64,000 bases of DNA, taken from contig CP000069.1 of assembly GCA_000002445.1 (NCBI GenBank), forward strand, positions 672,001 to 736,000. The letters are read 5' to 3'. The notes below the pieces were generated by a model. It ran no database searches. It was not told where the DNA came from and worked only from the letters and a program-made list of their open reading frames with translations. The DNA comes from Trypanosoma brucei. Taxonomy: Eukaryota. The translations under genes and the position numbers were made by a program. Below are positions 32,537 through 42,963 of this stretch, in pieces; position 1 is the stretch's first letter; every line of letters begins with the position of its first letter.

Positions 32537-34921
32537 ATGTTGCGGCCATTCGTCGGGAGGATAGGACCGCTGGGAGGCCATGGGCACAGAAGGATGGTGT
32601 GTAGCACCATCTGCCTGTTTCAGCGTGGCCAGTGGGGAAATGAAGGGTCCAGAGGAGATCAGCGCAACTACGACAATCGAGGTGGCCGAGGCGAGTGGGG
32701 AGACCGGGGCGGTCAGCGTGGTGACAATCAGCGCGACTACGGAGATCAGCGCAACTACGACAATCGAGGTGGCCGAGGCGAGTGGGGAGACCGGGGCGGT
32801 CAGCGTGGTGACAATCAGCGCGACTACGGAGATCAGCGCAACTACGACAATCGAGGTGGCCGAGGCGAGTGGGGAGACCGGGGCGGTCAGCGTGGTGACA
32901 ATCAGCGCGACTACGGAGATCAGCGCAACTACGACAATCGAGGTGGCCGAGGCGAGTGGGGAGACCGGGGCGGTCAGCGTGGTGACAATCAGCGCGACTA
33001 CGGAGATCAGCGCAACTACGACAATCGAGGTGGCCGAGGCGAGTGGGGAGACCGGGGCGGTCAGCGTGGTGACAATCAGCGCGACTACGGAGATCAGCGC
33101 AACTACGACAATCGAGGTGGCCGAGGCGAGTGGGGAGACCGGGGCGGTCAGCGTGGTGACAATCAGCGCAACTACGACAATCGAGGTGGCCGAGGCGAGT
33201 GGGGAGACCGGGGCGGTCAGCGTGGTGGCAATCAGCGCGACAACTCTAACCAGTTCGGATACAGGAACGAGAGAGATGGTGGGATCGGACGGCAGCGGTC
33301 GGCGCGCGACAATTTTGGCGCCCATGACAATCGTGCTTCCGATGAACGTGGATCAACTGACCCCGCCGTGGGAGAAGTGTTTGATGAACAAGCTGCCAAG
33401 ATCCTCTACGAACTGAAACGCCGGTTTAAGAGCTCAAAAACCGGGAAAGAGAGAAGGGACGTACAACGTGAGGCCCGCCGCATCGTGCGGCGAGCGCGCG
33501 TCGACCCATCGACCCAGGACGAGAAATCGGTGACACTACTTCTCAACTGTGCCGCTACCTTCCGGTGCTATCCACATACAGAGGGAATCAAACAGGCTAC
33601 AGAATGGATGCGGAAAAATATTGACGGCTTGTCACCCCAAAACGTGGCCCTCTTCACGAACGCAATTGGAGCGCTCTCGGTAGTGGATAGCGATACCATT
33701 TTAATTAATGAGATATCTCCTGCAGTGGAAGCTTGTTACGGGCAAATGAACCCCGTGGAATTAGTGATGACCCTGCAAGCCTTCCAACGTGGGAGAATAA
33801 CAGAAAATGAAGACCTTCAGGTATCACTATTGCAGCAGTTAGTAACTTGTGTGCCGCAGATGCCGGCGCCCCAACTGTCCACCCTGGCGGGCGTCTTGGT
33901 GGACACACCTCTCCGGAAACGTGACGAAGCGACGTGGCAGGAGATCGCCAAAACTGTCGTCTCAAAGGCAGCCAGCGGTGCGGAGAACATGCATTCTCGA
34001 GAGGTTATAACGCTTCTAAAAGCCACACCGCGCCTTGGTGTCCCGGAAGACCACAGTTTCCATCTGGTTGATCGGGCCATTGCGACAGTGGGGTTCCACA
34101 CGGACGAGCAAATTGGGGAGCTTCTTGAAGCAGTATCATACTACCGTGATCCTCAAAAGACTTGTGGGAGGGAGCTGAACGAAAAACTCGACAAATTGGT
34201 TGATGCCCTATGGGCTCGTCTTCAGAAAGTGGCGCCCTTTGCGGATGCTGCAAGTGTTACAACGATCATGCGTGCCGCGCACAGGTCAGGTGTCGATGTT
34301 CCTCGTGACATTGTGAGCACTCTGGTTCAAGCGGTGATGAGGGAGCTCCGTTACCACCGTTTTACCTTCCGGCGAGTGGCGTCATTGTCTGAGGCTTTGG
34401 CGTTGCAGAAGGTACCCGCGAAGGAGCTACTCGTCATGCTTGGCGACTACTGCATCGGAAAGCGACCTCCACGGGAGGAGCGCGGCGAGAACACCCCCGT
34501 TGATGACCATAACTCAGGAATTGAAGAACGCATGGACATATATGCTCGCTTCCTTGGGGACTTGACAAAAGCGCGTATTGCACTAGAAAATGCCCACAGT
34601 TCCAACGCCGGAAACGGTGAACCGGGTTCAAGTGTTTCTCAGATTCTTGCACAGAGGCTGGAAGACAGCGTGGGCTCCGCCCCTCCGCGGGAGCTTCTCA
34701 AGTCTGTGCGAGCGATCTGCACCGCAGCTGACGACTGCCCGTTTCGAAATCGTGCGAATGACGGAAAGATCATAGCACTGTCTGAGCAACGGATTGCGAA
34801 GGAGGGCGCCAGTTTCATGGAGGGAGTGCGCAAGACGACCATGGAAAATTTTCTGTCGGCTGTTAGTGGCATTCCACAGGCGCAGAAGGTGGTTGAGGTA
34901 CTTTCCCACCAAACTAGGTAA
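32537..34921 (+). CDS. Hypothetical 794-aa protein with N-terminal RGG/DY-rich 29-aa tandem repeats
   Basis: ATG start at 32537. About eight copies of NYDNRGGRGEWGDRGGQRG(DNQRDYGDQR) are present. The remaining roughly 550 aa are non-repetitive. Confidence 0.6.
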   Translation: MLRPFVGRIGPLGGHGHRRMVCSTICLFQRGQWGNEGSRGDQRNYDNRGGRGEWGDRGGQRGDNQRDYGDQRNYDNRGGRGEWGDRGGQRGDNQRDYGDQRNYDNRGGRGEWGDRGGQRGDNQRDYGDQRNYDNRGGRGEWGDRGGQRGDNQRDYGDQRNYDNRGGRGEWGDRGGQRGDNQRDYGDQRNYDNRGGRGEWGDRGGQRGDNQRNYDNRGGRGEWGDRGGQRGGNQRDNSNQFGYRNERDGGIGRQRSARDNFGAHDNRASDERGSTDPAVGEVFDEQAAKILYELKRRFKSSKTGKERRDVQREARRIVRRARVDPSTQDEKSVTLLLNCAATFRCYPHTEGIKQATEWMRKNIDGLSPQNVALFTNAIGALSVVDSDTILINEISPAVEACYGQMNPVELVMTLQAFQRGRITENEDLQVSLLQQLVTCVPQMPAPQLSTLAGVLVDTPLRKRDEATWQEIAKTVVSKAASGAENMHSREVITLLKATPRLGVPEDHSFHLVDRAIATVGFHTDEQIGELLEAVSYYRDPQKTCGRELNEKLDKLVDALWARLQKVAPFADAASVTTIMRAAHRSGVDVPRDIVSTLVQAVMRELRYHRFTFRRVASLSEALALQKVPAKELLVMLGDYCIGKRPPREERGENTPVDDHNSGIEERMDIYARFLGDLTKARIALENAHSSNAGNGEPGSSVSQILAQRLEDSVGSAPPRELLKSVRAICTAADDCPFRNRANDGKIIALSEQRIAKEGASFMEGVRKTTMENFLSAVSGIPQAQKVVEVLSHQTR
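32654..33240 (+). repeat. In-frame tandem repeat with an 87 nt period; about 6.7 near-identical units plus one unit with an 18-nt deletion
   Basis: gcgcgactacggagatcagcgcaactacgacaatcgaggtggccgaggcgagtggggagaccggggcggtcagcgtggtgacaatca recurs at 32731, 32818, 32905 and onward. The other-frame ORFs at 32456..33325 (-) and 32580..33416 (+) are artefacts of this repeat. Confidence 0.9.
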
Positions 34922-35431
34922 AAACACCTCCTTGGCAAGGTGGAGGTGGGCCTCTGCACAAACGCAATCACATGTAAGTGACATGTGCCAATCTGTAATA
35001 ATCCTTTACGTTCACAGAAATGCCTTTGTTATCCACATGCACATACACGAAGAGGCGGAGCGGAAAAGAGAAAAAAAAGATAAAAATAGGACCCTGAGGG
35101 GCTTCTATTTATCGGAAAATTTTCTTTTTCTTGAATCCACGACCTCCAGCGGCGCGCGTGTCAGGGTGACCTCACTAGGGGTGTGCTGACCGTAGGAGTA
35201 AAGTATAAACCGTATGTTTCTCTCATTTGTTCATTAGTGTTCCTTCGGGGATGGTTGACAGTAGGGCTACCAATGTATGGTAGTAGGAAGGTTCACCAAC
35301 GCTGAGACGCATTGTACATGCAGTCACTTATCTTCTTTTTCTTTTTTTGTGAACTTCTGAGACGGTTGAAGGGCCGTGAAGAGCAAATTTAGACTGACAA
35401 GAGGAATAAAATAGCTTGTAGGAGCTGATGC

Positions 35432-36649
35432 ATGTCTGGGCTATGGAGTTTTAGGGACAATGCCCCCTCATCGCATTGTGTTGGTGCGACAACGAGGGCG
35501 GTGTTGCCAGCTTCCGCCGACGAAATTGTATTGCAAGATGCACTGGTGGAGAGCAGTTCAATGCTGGTGGGAAATGCGGTACGTGGCTTCGAGACGGTCA
35601 CCGATGTTGGTTTGGTCGTTGAGGAAATGCAGGTAGAGTGGGTTGAGAAAACGCTGGGAATTCTTAAGAGTTCTTCGTATCACTTAAGCAATCAGTGCGA
35701 AAAGGGGTCTGAGTCGATGCTAAATCACCCTGGTGAGGGCTGTTCCTCGACAGCAACTTCTTTGAACCTGTTGGACGAAGAAGACATGGAAGTAGTGCGT
35801 TCACTACTGAAACCTCGCGATGATTGTGGCATCAAAGTTCGCGGGGCTACATCTAAGCGGAACTGTGGGCCCATTGAACCCTCATCGTCCGTGTTGCGCA
35901 CAGCGGGTACGGCACCGCGGAGGCGAGATCGACCGTGCGCCGCTGAACCACGCGAGGTAGACACTGTGCCTGTTGTAAGGGTTCAAGTAGCTCGAAAGAG
36001 CGGCACGCGGCCGTTTGTTGCTGCAGAACTGCTTGACTATCCGCTTAAACCATCATGGAACAACACCAGAGGTTCTGCCCAACGATTGAAAGAGCGCGTT
36101 CCTGCCACGCGCATGCCGCAGCGAGCAGCTGTTGGGCCAGCCAATCAGATTATCTGTGATTCCACAAGTTTTCTCATACCGGGGTCAAACATTTCGCTGA
36201 AACAGCCAAAGGAAGTGACATCGATTTGTAGGACGCGGAAGAAAGCGCCACTCTACGATGCGCTGCCACTACAGACGCAAGTTACCCTCTTGTCACTTGA
36301 GGCTACCCGACAAAGTGGGTGGCACCGTGATTTCTTGGATAAGTTCGACACAATCGCACGCAAGTGGCGCTCCCTTCACATGAGGAAGTTTGTTTGGGGG
36401 AGGTGGTGTTTTCGTCAAGGTAAAAGGGTTGGGGTGCCAATTTCCGTACTCGTAGCAGTGACTGACTCTTCCTTTCTCACCCCCCAGCGTGTAGGCTCTT
36501 TTCCACTATTAGCCGGCCATGCCATGAAGGCTATCGACGGTCCTGACGCTCGACTCCTCCGCTGGTACTTTGTGATGTGGGTGGCCGCCGTCCAAAGGGT
36601 GCAGGAGCAACGTTCATCTGCAGGAAGATTTGGTCCCATACATTCATAA
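35432..36649 (+). CDS. Hypothetical protein, 405 aa
   Basis: ATG-initiated ORF. No recognisable domain. Confidence 0.4.
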   Translation: MSGLWSFRDNAPSSHCVGATTRAVLPASADEIVLQDALVESSSMLVGNAVRGFETVTDVGLVVEEMQVEWVEKTLGILKSSSYHLSNQCEKGSESMLNHPGEGCSSTATSLNLLDEEDMEVVRSLLKPRDDCGIKVRGATSKRNCGPIEPSSSVLRTAGTAPRRRDRPCAAEPREVDTVPVVRVQVARKSGTRPFVAAELLDYPLKPSWNNTRGSAQRLKERVPATRMPQRAAVGPANQIICDSTSFLIPGSNISLKQPKEVTSICRTRKKAPLYDALPLQTQVTLLSLEATRQSGWHRDFLDKFDTIARKWRSLHMRKFVWGRWCFRQGKRVGVPISVLVAVTDSSFLTPQRVGSFPLLAGHAMKAIDGPDARLLRWYFVMWVAAVQRVQEQRSSAGRFGPIHS

Positions 36650-37320
36650 TACCAAAGAATAAAAAAGTAGATTGATACATATATAGATCTATGCAGAGAT
36701 ATGGATACGCACTCGAGTATGTGTGTGACTTCGTACCTGAATGTGAATGGAGATAGTGCTTTATTTCCTTATATGCTTGGAAGGTGCCACCGTACAGAGC
36801 ACATGCACTCTCAGCCACTGTTTGCCGCTGCGGTGGGTGGTAAAATGTCATCGTTGCGAGCTGTGTAGGTCGACCATCGCAGTGCCCAGGGTTTGAACGG
36901 CACCGGGCCTACATCGTTGCTAACTTTTTAACAGTTGTGGTTAACTTGTTTTCACCTCTTTTTTTTCTCGTCAGTCTGTGAAATACAGCAACCAAAAAAC
37001 ACAAAAGGAAAAGGTGCGATAGCAAGTGGGCCGGGTGAAAGTGTAGGTGGGGAGGGAAATCGTTCAATCACACTATATTCATCTGCTTATATATACAAGC
37101 ATTCACATCTGAATCTGGCCTACCTCCACTGCGACGTGCTGGAACCATCATTGAAAAGGACCGAAGCAGTTGTGCGAATATAGGTAACCATACAGTCAGT
37201 GGAAGATAGCAACTAGTCGGTACTGGGGCGGGGGAAAAAGAACAGAAAAGAGCCGTGTGGTGTGGTAGTTATCCGCGTCTAAAGGGAAGGGCACTACTGT
37301 ACGAGCAGCGCCGGTGACAA

Positions 37321-38697
37321 ATGACCATCGATTACTCAGGTTTTCTTGATGAACCGAGTGGAGCCTCCAGCGAGGTAACCGCATCGCGGTACTTTGAGAT
37401 CCGTGGGTCGATACTTTACTGCTGGACTTATAAACCCGAGAATCCAGGAGACAAACCGCTTAGCTCCATTGATCTTACGGACGTGCACATTACACGGGAT
37501 GAAGCTGATCGGAGGTCGTGGTCAGTCCAGGGTGGAAAACTCCGCAAGCCGCATATGTTCACTGCTGAAAATGAGGAGGAAAGGGAGGTTTGGATAGAGA
37601 AGATGGCACATCCAAACCCTGCTAACACTGAGATACTTCGCACGTTAGAGCAAACTAGTGATGGGGATGATACAGCTCCTCTTTGCAGTGGTGGAAGCAA
37701 CAGGGTGTCTTTGAACGACTTCCAATTTGCGGCGAAAATTGGGAAGGGATCATTCAGCTCTGTGTATGCTGCTACAGAGAAAGCTACTGGTAAAACTTAC
37801 GCAATTAAAAAAATGGAAAAAGAGGTGATTGAGCGCTACAACATGATCGATAACATTTCTGCAGAGAGGCTCATTCTTCAGAAGATTGATCATCCTTTCA
37901 TCGTGTCCCTTCATTATGCCTTTCAAACCAAAGGCAGCCTTTACCTTGTGATGGATTTCTTATCCGGAGGAGAACTATTCTTTCATCTCGAATCTGTGTC
38001 GGTTTTTGACGAGTGGCGTGCAAAGTTTTATTGCGGCGAGATTGCGCTCGCCCTTGGCTATCTTCACGCGCAAGACATCATTTACCGCGACTTAAAGCCC
38101 GAAAACGCAGTGCTTGACGCGGATGGACACGTGTGCCTTACCGACTTCGGGCTTGCCAAGATGGATGTACGCGATGCTTGTAATTTCACCTTCTGTGGGA
38201 CTCCAGAATATATAGCTCCAGAGTTTCTGCTTGGGAAGCCCCACGGGAAGGCGGTTGACTGGTGGTCGCTCGGTATTCTACTATACGAGATGCTGGAGGG
38301 CATACCACCCTTCTACAGCGAGAATGTAAGTGCCATGTATGATAAGATACTGAGCTCCGAACTGCAGTTTGGCGACGGTGAGGGCGGGAGCAACAACATG
38401 CCCCAAATATCGGAGGAGGCCCAAGACCTTCTCCGCCGGCTCTTAGACCGCAACCCCGACACCCGACTCCAGGATGTGGAGGAGCTGAAAGGTCACCCAT
38501 TCTTTCGTGACCTCGACTGGGAAAAGCTGTTCCGGCGAGAGATTGAACCCCCGTTCCGCCCAGACGGCAACGCGCTGAGTAATTTCGATCAAGAGTTCAC
38601 TTCTGCGGACCCTCCAATGGTACAACCGGACGATGAAGTAGTGGAGGACAAAAGCATATGCGGTTTCACGTTTAATGGGAGATCAAGACCTACATAG
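37321..38697 (+). CDS. AGC-family Ser/Thr kinase with an N-terminal PH-like domain (AKT/RAC-like)
   Basis: Kinase motifs: GKGSFSSVY, AIKKMEK, HRDLKPEN, DFGLAK, GTPEYIAPE. The N-terminal roughly 100 aa are PH-like (YFEIRGSILYCW...WIEKM). A C-terminal FTFNG hydrophobic motif is present. Confidence 0.85.
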   Translation: MTIDYSGFLDEPSGASSEVTASRYFEIRGSILYCWTYKPENPGDKPLSSIDLTDVHITRDEADRRSWSVQGGKLRKPHMFTAENEEEREVWIEKMAHPNPANTEILRTLEQTSDGDDTAPLCSGGSNRVSLNDFQFAAKIGKGSFSSVYAATEKATGKTYAIKKMEKEVIERYNMIDNISAERLILQKIDHPFIVSLHYAFQTKGSLYLVMDFLSGGELFFHLESVSVFDEWRAKFYCGEIALALGYLHAQDIIYRDLKPENAVLDADGHVCLTDFGLAKMDVRDACNFTFCGTPEYIAPEFLLGKPHGKAVDWWSLGILLYEMLEGIPPFYSENVSAMYDKILSSELQFGDGEGGSNNMPQISEEAQDLLRRLLDRNPDTRLQDVEELKGHPFFRDLDWEKLFRREIEPPFRPDGNALSNFDQEFTSADPPMVQPDDEVVEDKSICGFTFNGRSRPT

Positions 38698-40043
38698 CGT
38701 TTGCTTGCATCCACTCTTAGGTGTGGCGCCTTCGTTAGGGACCGCAGCACCGGCTGCTGTTTCCAGAGCATCTTCCCTTGCTTCATTTTCGTCCTCTGTT
38801 TTACCGTTATGTGTGTGTGTGTGCTACCGCGGTAAAGTAACCTAGCATGTTTGACGTTGTGTGCCACTTTTTTATGTGGACGAACGGTCCCACATGTTGG
38901 GAAATGTTAGTCCCTCAAGCACGTACGTGTACGAGAGAGGAATGAATGTATCGTATGCTATCTAGTAAATCCAACAAAAAGCATTCCCCTTTCTTTGACA
39001 CCTCCAGCATATTGCGCACCCTTTAAGGTTTGCCGGACGCGATCCTTCTACTTTCTACAGTTCGTTTGGCACAACGAATGGGACATTGTGAAGAAATCAG
39101 TTGTTCGGAACATAATATATTGCCCTTGATTAGCTTTGCAGACGTTTGTACGCCATGTGTACGTACAGAGCGAGTGGCACATCCTTGTCAGTGAATTGAA
39201 GAAACGGGGGAAAGTACACACTTCCTGAGTTAGAGCATGGCCTCACACATGTCTCTCTCCAGTCTTTTTTCGACTCTACCCTCTATTTTTTAGTTTTGAT
39301 ATTGTATTCCCTTTCATCGTCGCCCCAGTACTCGAGACACAGCTCACATTACTTATAGGTACCGCAGTCACTCCGCACTACAAGAAAAATACCAGCAACA
39401 AGTCAAAGTTTGAAATAAAGGGGAGGAAATGCGTAATTTAAGTGCTTTGCATGTACGGTGCATTTTTAATGTATTGGACCGATCCACGACGGTGACGCAA
39501 CTGTTACCCTCAGGATGCCACTACAGATTCGACCGCTCTAGCACCACACAGAGGGTCTACATTATGAATAACTCACAACATAACACATGAACAACGAATG
39601 AGGGAATAAATGATAAGATAAGGAAATGTCATTTGTGAAGAGCGCATTTATATTGTATGCATGGAAAGATGCACTTAATGTGGTTCGGTTTGTGTATTTC
39701 TAATTTGCTGCTGTAGTTGCTGACGTTTGTGGGCACTCGATAGTATTCTGTGTTTCGTATGAGGACCCCTACGTCTCTTCTTCCTTTCTTTGGCTCACGT
39801 TATCTGTAGGTTGTGCTGTACGCTCTGCCTTGACTGCTACTCGTATTGTTAGTCGGTTGTCGTTTTCACCCGTTACACTGCTGCCCTATATATATATATT
39901 GGCTTCGGTCCCACACTTTACTACATTATTTGTTAACCTACTGCTGTGATGCCCCTTCTATCATAGGAAAGGTATTATTAAGAAAAAGGCGTGGCGCGGG
40001 TGCCCCACTTCGTGGAAGAGAGTGGTTCTTAACGAATTAAGCT

Positions 40044-40610
40044 ATGCGGGCGTGGAGTAACCTGCTAGCGTCTGTGACGATGGCGCCGTTTTTTCTGCTA
40101 TGTTTTGTCTGCTCTTGCGTTTGGCCCGCCGTAGCTACTGCGGGAAGCATTCCCCTTGCTGTTGTGGGCAGTGTCATCACTTCAGAGGATGCGTACCGTT
40201 TTATTGAGGTTCAAGCTGTCGACGGCGCCACAGGAGCTGTTGTGCGCTCCGTGCCACTGGATGCAACGCTTACCTTTACTTTTCACGGTCTACCCCAAAC
40301 TGTAAGTGAGGTGCGGCTCTTGCCGAGGCTGCCTGAGCGGCGGTTTCGTCTCGATAGCAGTGCCTCTGTACTCACTGCGCCTTTGCGGACAAAAGATGGG
40401 GATGGGTGGCTCCACTTATCCGCGATTGTAGAGCAGCAAGATGGTTCACAAGCAGGGGATCAATTACCTGGGAGTATAAGTGCGGCAGTTATGGCAGCGA
40501 TGATTATTGCCCTTGCGGTGATTGGCCGATATCGATTGTTGTCGCTGTTTCAGTTTCCGGCTCCAAAACCGCCGAAGTTGCGTCGTGTAGCTGTGGCAGT
40601 GAATCGGTAA
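40044..40610 (+). CDS. Small hypothetical membrane protein with a signal peptide and a C-terminal TM segment; copy 1
   Basis: ATG start. The N-terminus is hydrophobic (MRAWSNLLASVTMAPFFLLCFVCSCVWPAVATA). The C-terminus has a hydrophobic AAVMAAMIIALAVIG followed by basic residues. Confidence 0.5.
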   Translation: MRAWSNLLASVTMAPFFLLCFVCSCVWPAVATAGSIPLAVVGSVITSEDAYRFIEVQAVDGATGAVVRSVPLDATLTFTFHGLPQTVSEVRLLPRLPERRFRLDSSASVLTAPLRTKDGDGWLHLSAIVEQQDGSQAGDQLPGSISAAVMAAMIIALAVIGRYRLLSLFQFPAPKPPKLRRVAVAVNR

Positions 40611-41017
40611 GGCGAGTTTATGGACACGTGTGTGTTCTTGACTTTTCTCACATTCGTATTGCGGTGTGCTGTTGCGAGCATTTTGCATTTTCTGGTGTTG
40701 GTGTTGGTGTTGGTGCTGGGTATAGGGGTGCTACTGCTTGTTTATATGTATGTGTGCGTGTAACTCTCACTAGCATATGAACTCGAGTACTTTCTTCCTG
40801 CCTCTGCTGCTCGTCTGTTATCATGAAGCAGGTACCTCCTAACTCCACTGAGTTTGTAATTGGGCGCATTTTAACCTTCCTGTTGCGTTGCCACTGTAAC
40901 AGCACTGTACCCCTTTCCTTCACTTCTGTGCATATGTGCGTGCCAACAACTTTCCGACGACCCGCTGTCTTGTAGAAAGTAGCAACAGGTGAGCCCGTCA
41001 CGCCTTCTCCCCTGACG

Positions 41018-41770
41018 ATGCCCGCACGTGGCTGTGCCCCTGTTGATGAGCAGATCGCTGGGACAGACACGGAAGGACGACGCTACAGGTCAGTGGAGGA
41101 GATGTGGGGACGCGAGTTGCAGGGTAACTTGTACGACGCGAAGACAGGGTGGTATGGTAAGTCTCTCCAGTACTGGGGCAGCGTTCCGGCTACCGTCAGC
41201 GGTGTACTGGGCGGTATGGATCATGTGCATGATATCGACATCCGTGATTCACGCGCTTTCATATGCTGCTTGCCGGAGCGCGGCACTACACGTGCACTTG
41301 ACTGCGGTGCCGGTATTGGTCGAATCACCAAGTCCCTTTTGTGCCACTTATACGATGTGACAGATCTTCTGGAACCGGTGGCAAGCATGCTGGAGAAGGC
41401 GAAAGAGGAACTTGAGGGGTTTCCAGTGGGCGATTTCTTTCAGTCGTCGATGGAGACAGCGAAGCTTCAACCGAAGACATACGACCTCATTGTTATTCAA
41501 TGGGCGGCGATCTATCTGACAGACGAGGACTTTGTTGCTTTCTTGGTACGCTGCAAGGAGGCACTGACACCGAAGGGGTACATATTCTTCAAGGAGAATT
41601 GCGCGTCTGACGACGAGTTCATTGTTGACAAGGAGGACAGTAGCCTGACGCGATCCGACAAGCACTACAAGCGTATATTTGCCGCTGCCGGTATTGAGGT
41701 TGTTAAGGAGGCTATGCAAGGCGATTGGCCTGATGATCTGCTGAAGGTGAAGATGTACGCACTACGCTAA
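41018..41770 (+). CDS. Alpha-N-terminal (X-Pro-Lys) protein methyltransferase (NTMT1/METTL11A-like, DUF858); copy 1
   Basis: EEMWGRELQGNLYDAKTGWYGKSLQYWGSVPATVSGVLGG...ALDCGAGIGRITKSLL...DLIVIQWAAIYLTDEDFVAFL. SAM-MTase motif I and the NTMT family signature are both present. Confidence 0.8.
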   Translation: MPARGCAPVDEQIAGTDTEGRRYRSVEEMWGRELQGNLYDAKTGWYGKSLQYWGSVPATVSGVLGGMDHVHDIDIRDSRAFICCLPERGTTRALDCGAGIGRITKSLLCHLYDVTDLLEPVASMLEKAKEELEGFPVGDFFQSSMETAKLQPKTYDLIVIQWAAIYLTDEDFVAFLVRCKEALTPKGYIFFKENCASDDEFIVDKEDSSLTRSDKHYKRIFAAAGIEVVKEAMQGDWPDDLLKVKMYALR

Positions 41771-42171
41771 GCAGTTGGTCCTCCCACCGGTTGTTGATGT
41801 GTTCTCACTTCTTGTTGGCGCATTGCTGTTGTCGTCACTTTGTTTTGTTGTTCTTTGCATGGTTTATTTTTTTCAATTAGAGGCCACTACCTCTGCGTTG
41901 CCATCGCTTGGCTTACCCTAACGGTGGCACTGCCAACCCTCGTACTCGTCACACGGTGGTCTTCTACCTCTGCATGAATTTTTTGTGTTATTTTTCTTAA
42001 TGTCCGACTATTTATTGTTGTTACGTCCCTTAGCTACTTTTGTGTGTGTTTAGTGTTGTTACTTTTGTAGCGGGTAAATCAATTCACGGTTATCAGGTTA
42101 AATAGGGGTAGCCATAATCAGGACTCTGGTGTGTAAAGGCGTGCGTGCGTAGACAGAGAGATTACATCGAG

Positions 42172-42591
42172 ATGTCTGCACTTGCGGAGGCCGAGCGCAT
42201 GGAGCGCGAAAAAGCCCTTATGGAGGGACAGCAGCGGGTGGACATGCTCCGTGAGACGGTACGTATAATGGCGAATCGGCAAGCCGTTCTCGTCGGGACG
42301 AAGCGCCGTCTGCAAATTTCCACCGGAGAGTTGCAGCGTCTCTCTTCTGACCACTGTGTGTATGAGAGTGTGGGCCGCGTGTTTCTCCGGACACCGGTGC
42401 CGGCGTTCATAGAGAAGCAGATGGAGGCTGCAGAGAGGTGCGAGGCCGAAGAGAAGCGGCTGATGAGTGAGAAGCAGAGAGTTGTGGAGCAACTGCAGAA
42501 GGATGAAGTGCAGCTCCGTGAAGCAGCACAGCAGTACATGGCTGAAATGAGTGCCCGTCGGCAGTTACAACAGCAGCAGCAGAAACAGTAA
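42172..42591 (+). CDS. Prefoldin-like coiled-coil protein; copy 1
   Basis: Two heptad-rich helices flank a central beta-hairpin-like VYESVGRVFLRTPV segment. The start is moved to the first ATG (42172). The track start is GTG. Confidence 0.55.
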   Translation: MSALAEAERMEREKALMEGQQRVDMLRETVRIMANRQAVLVGTKRRLQISTGELQRLSSDHCVYESVGRVFLRTPVPAFIEKQMEAAERCEAEEKRLMSEKQRVVEQLQKDEVQLREAAQQYMAEMSARRQLQQQQQKQ

Positions 42592-42963
42592 CAGCTACGC
42601 TCTGCCCGCAATCGGCGTTCTAGGTATCTGCCGATATTGTGCATTTCTGTTGTCTGAGGTGTGCGCTACAGAATGTGCTGCTTTGGAGTGCGGCACCCTA
42701 TCAGCAAGGGTCCGTTCCAAGTAGTTTTGGCGTGCGTGTGTGAGTTTGACTGTGATGCATGGGACACCGTATAATTTAACGTCTCAGTCACTGGTGATTT
42801 CTAGGTCTGTTTTCATTTGTGTGTACCCTGTTTTCTGTTTCCATTCCTGTTCTGGGTACATCTTCCTCTTTTGTTTCTCAAACCCGTTATGTGAACGTGG
42901 GGAGGAAGGGAGTGTGTGGCACTCGGTCGGTTGCGTTGAAGGTGAGGTTTGCTTGGACCGGCG

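Noticed and set aside
32456-33416. ORFs 32456..33325 (-) and 32580..33416 (+), with ATISATT/VVALI repeats.
   Set aside because: They are alternative-frame and antisense readings of the 87-nt tandem repeat inside the 794-aa gene. Repeats keep every frame open.
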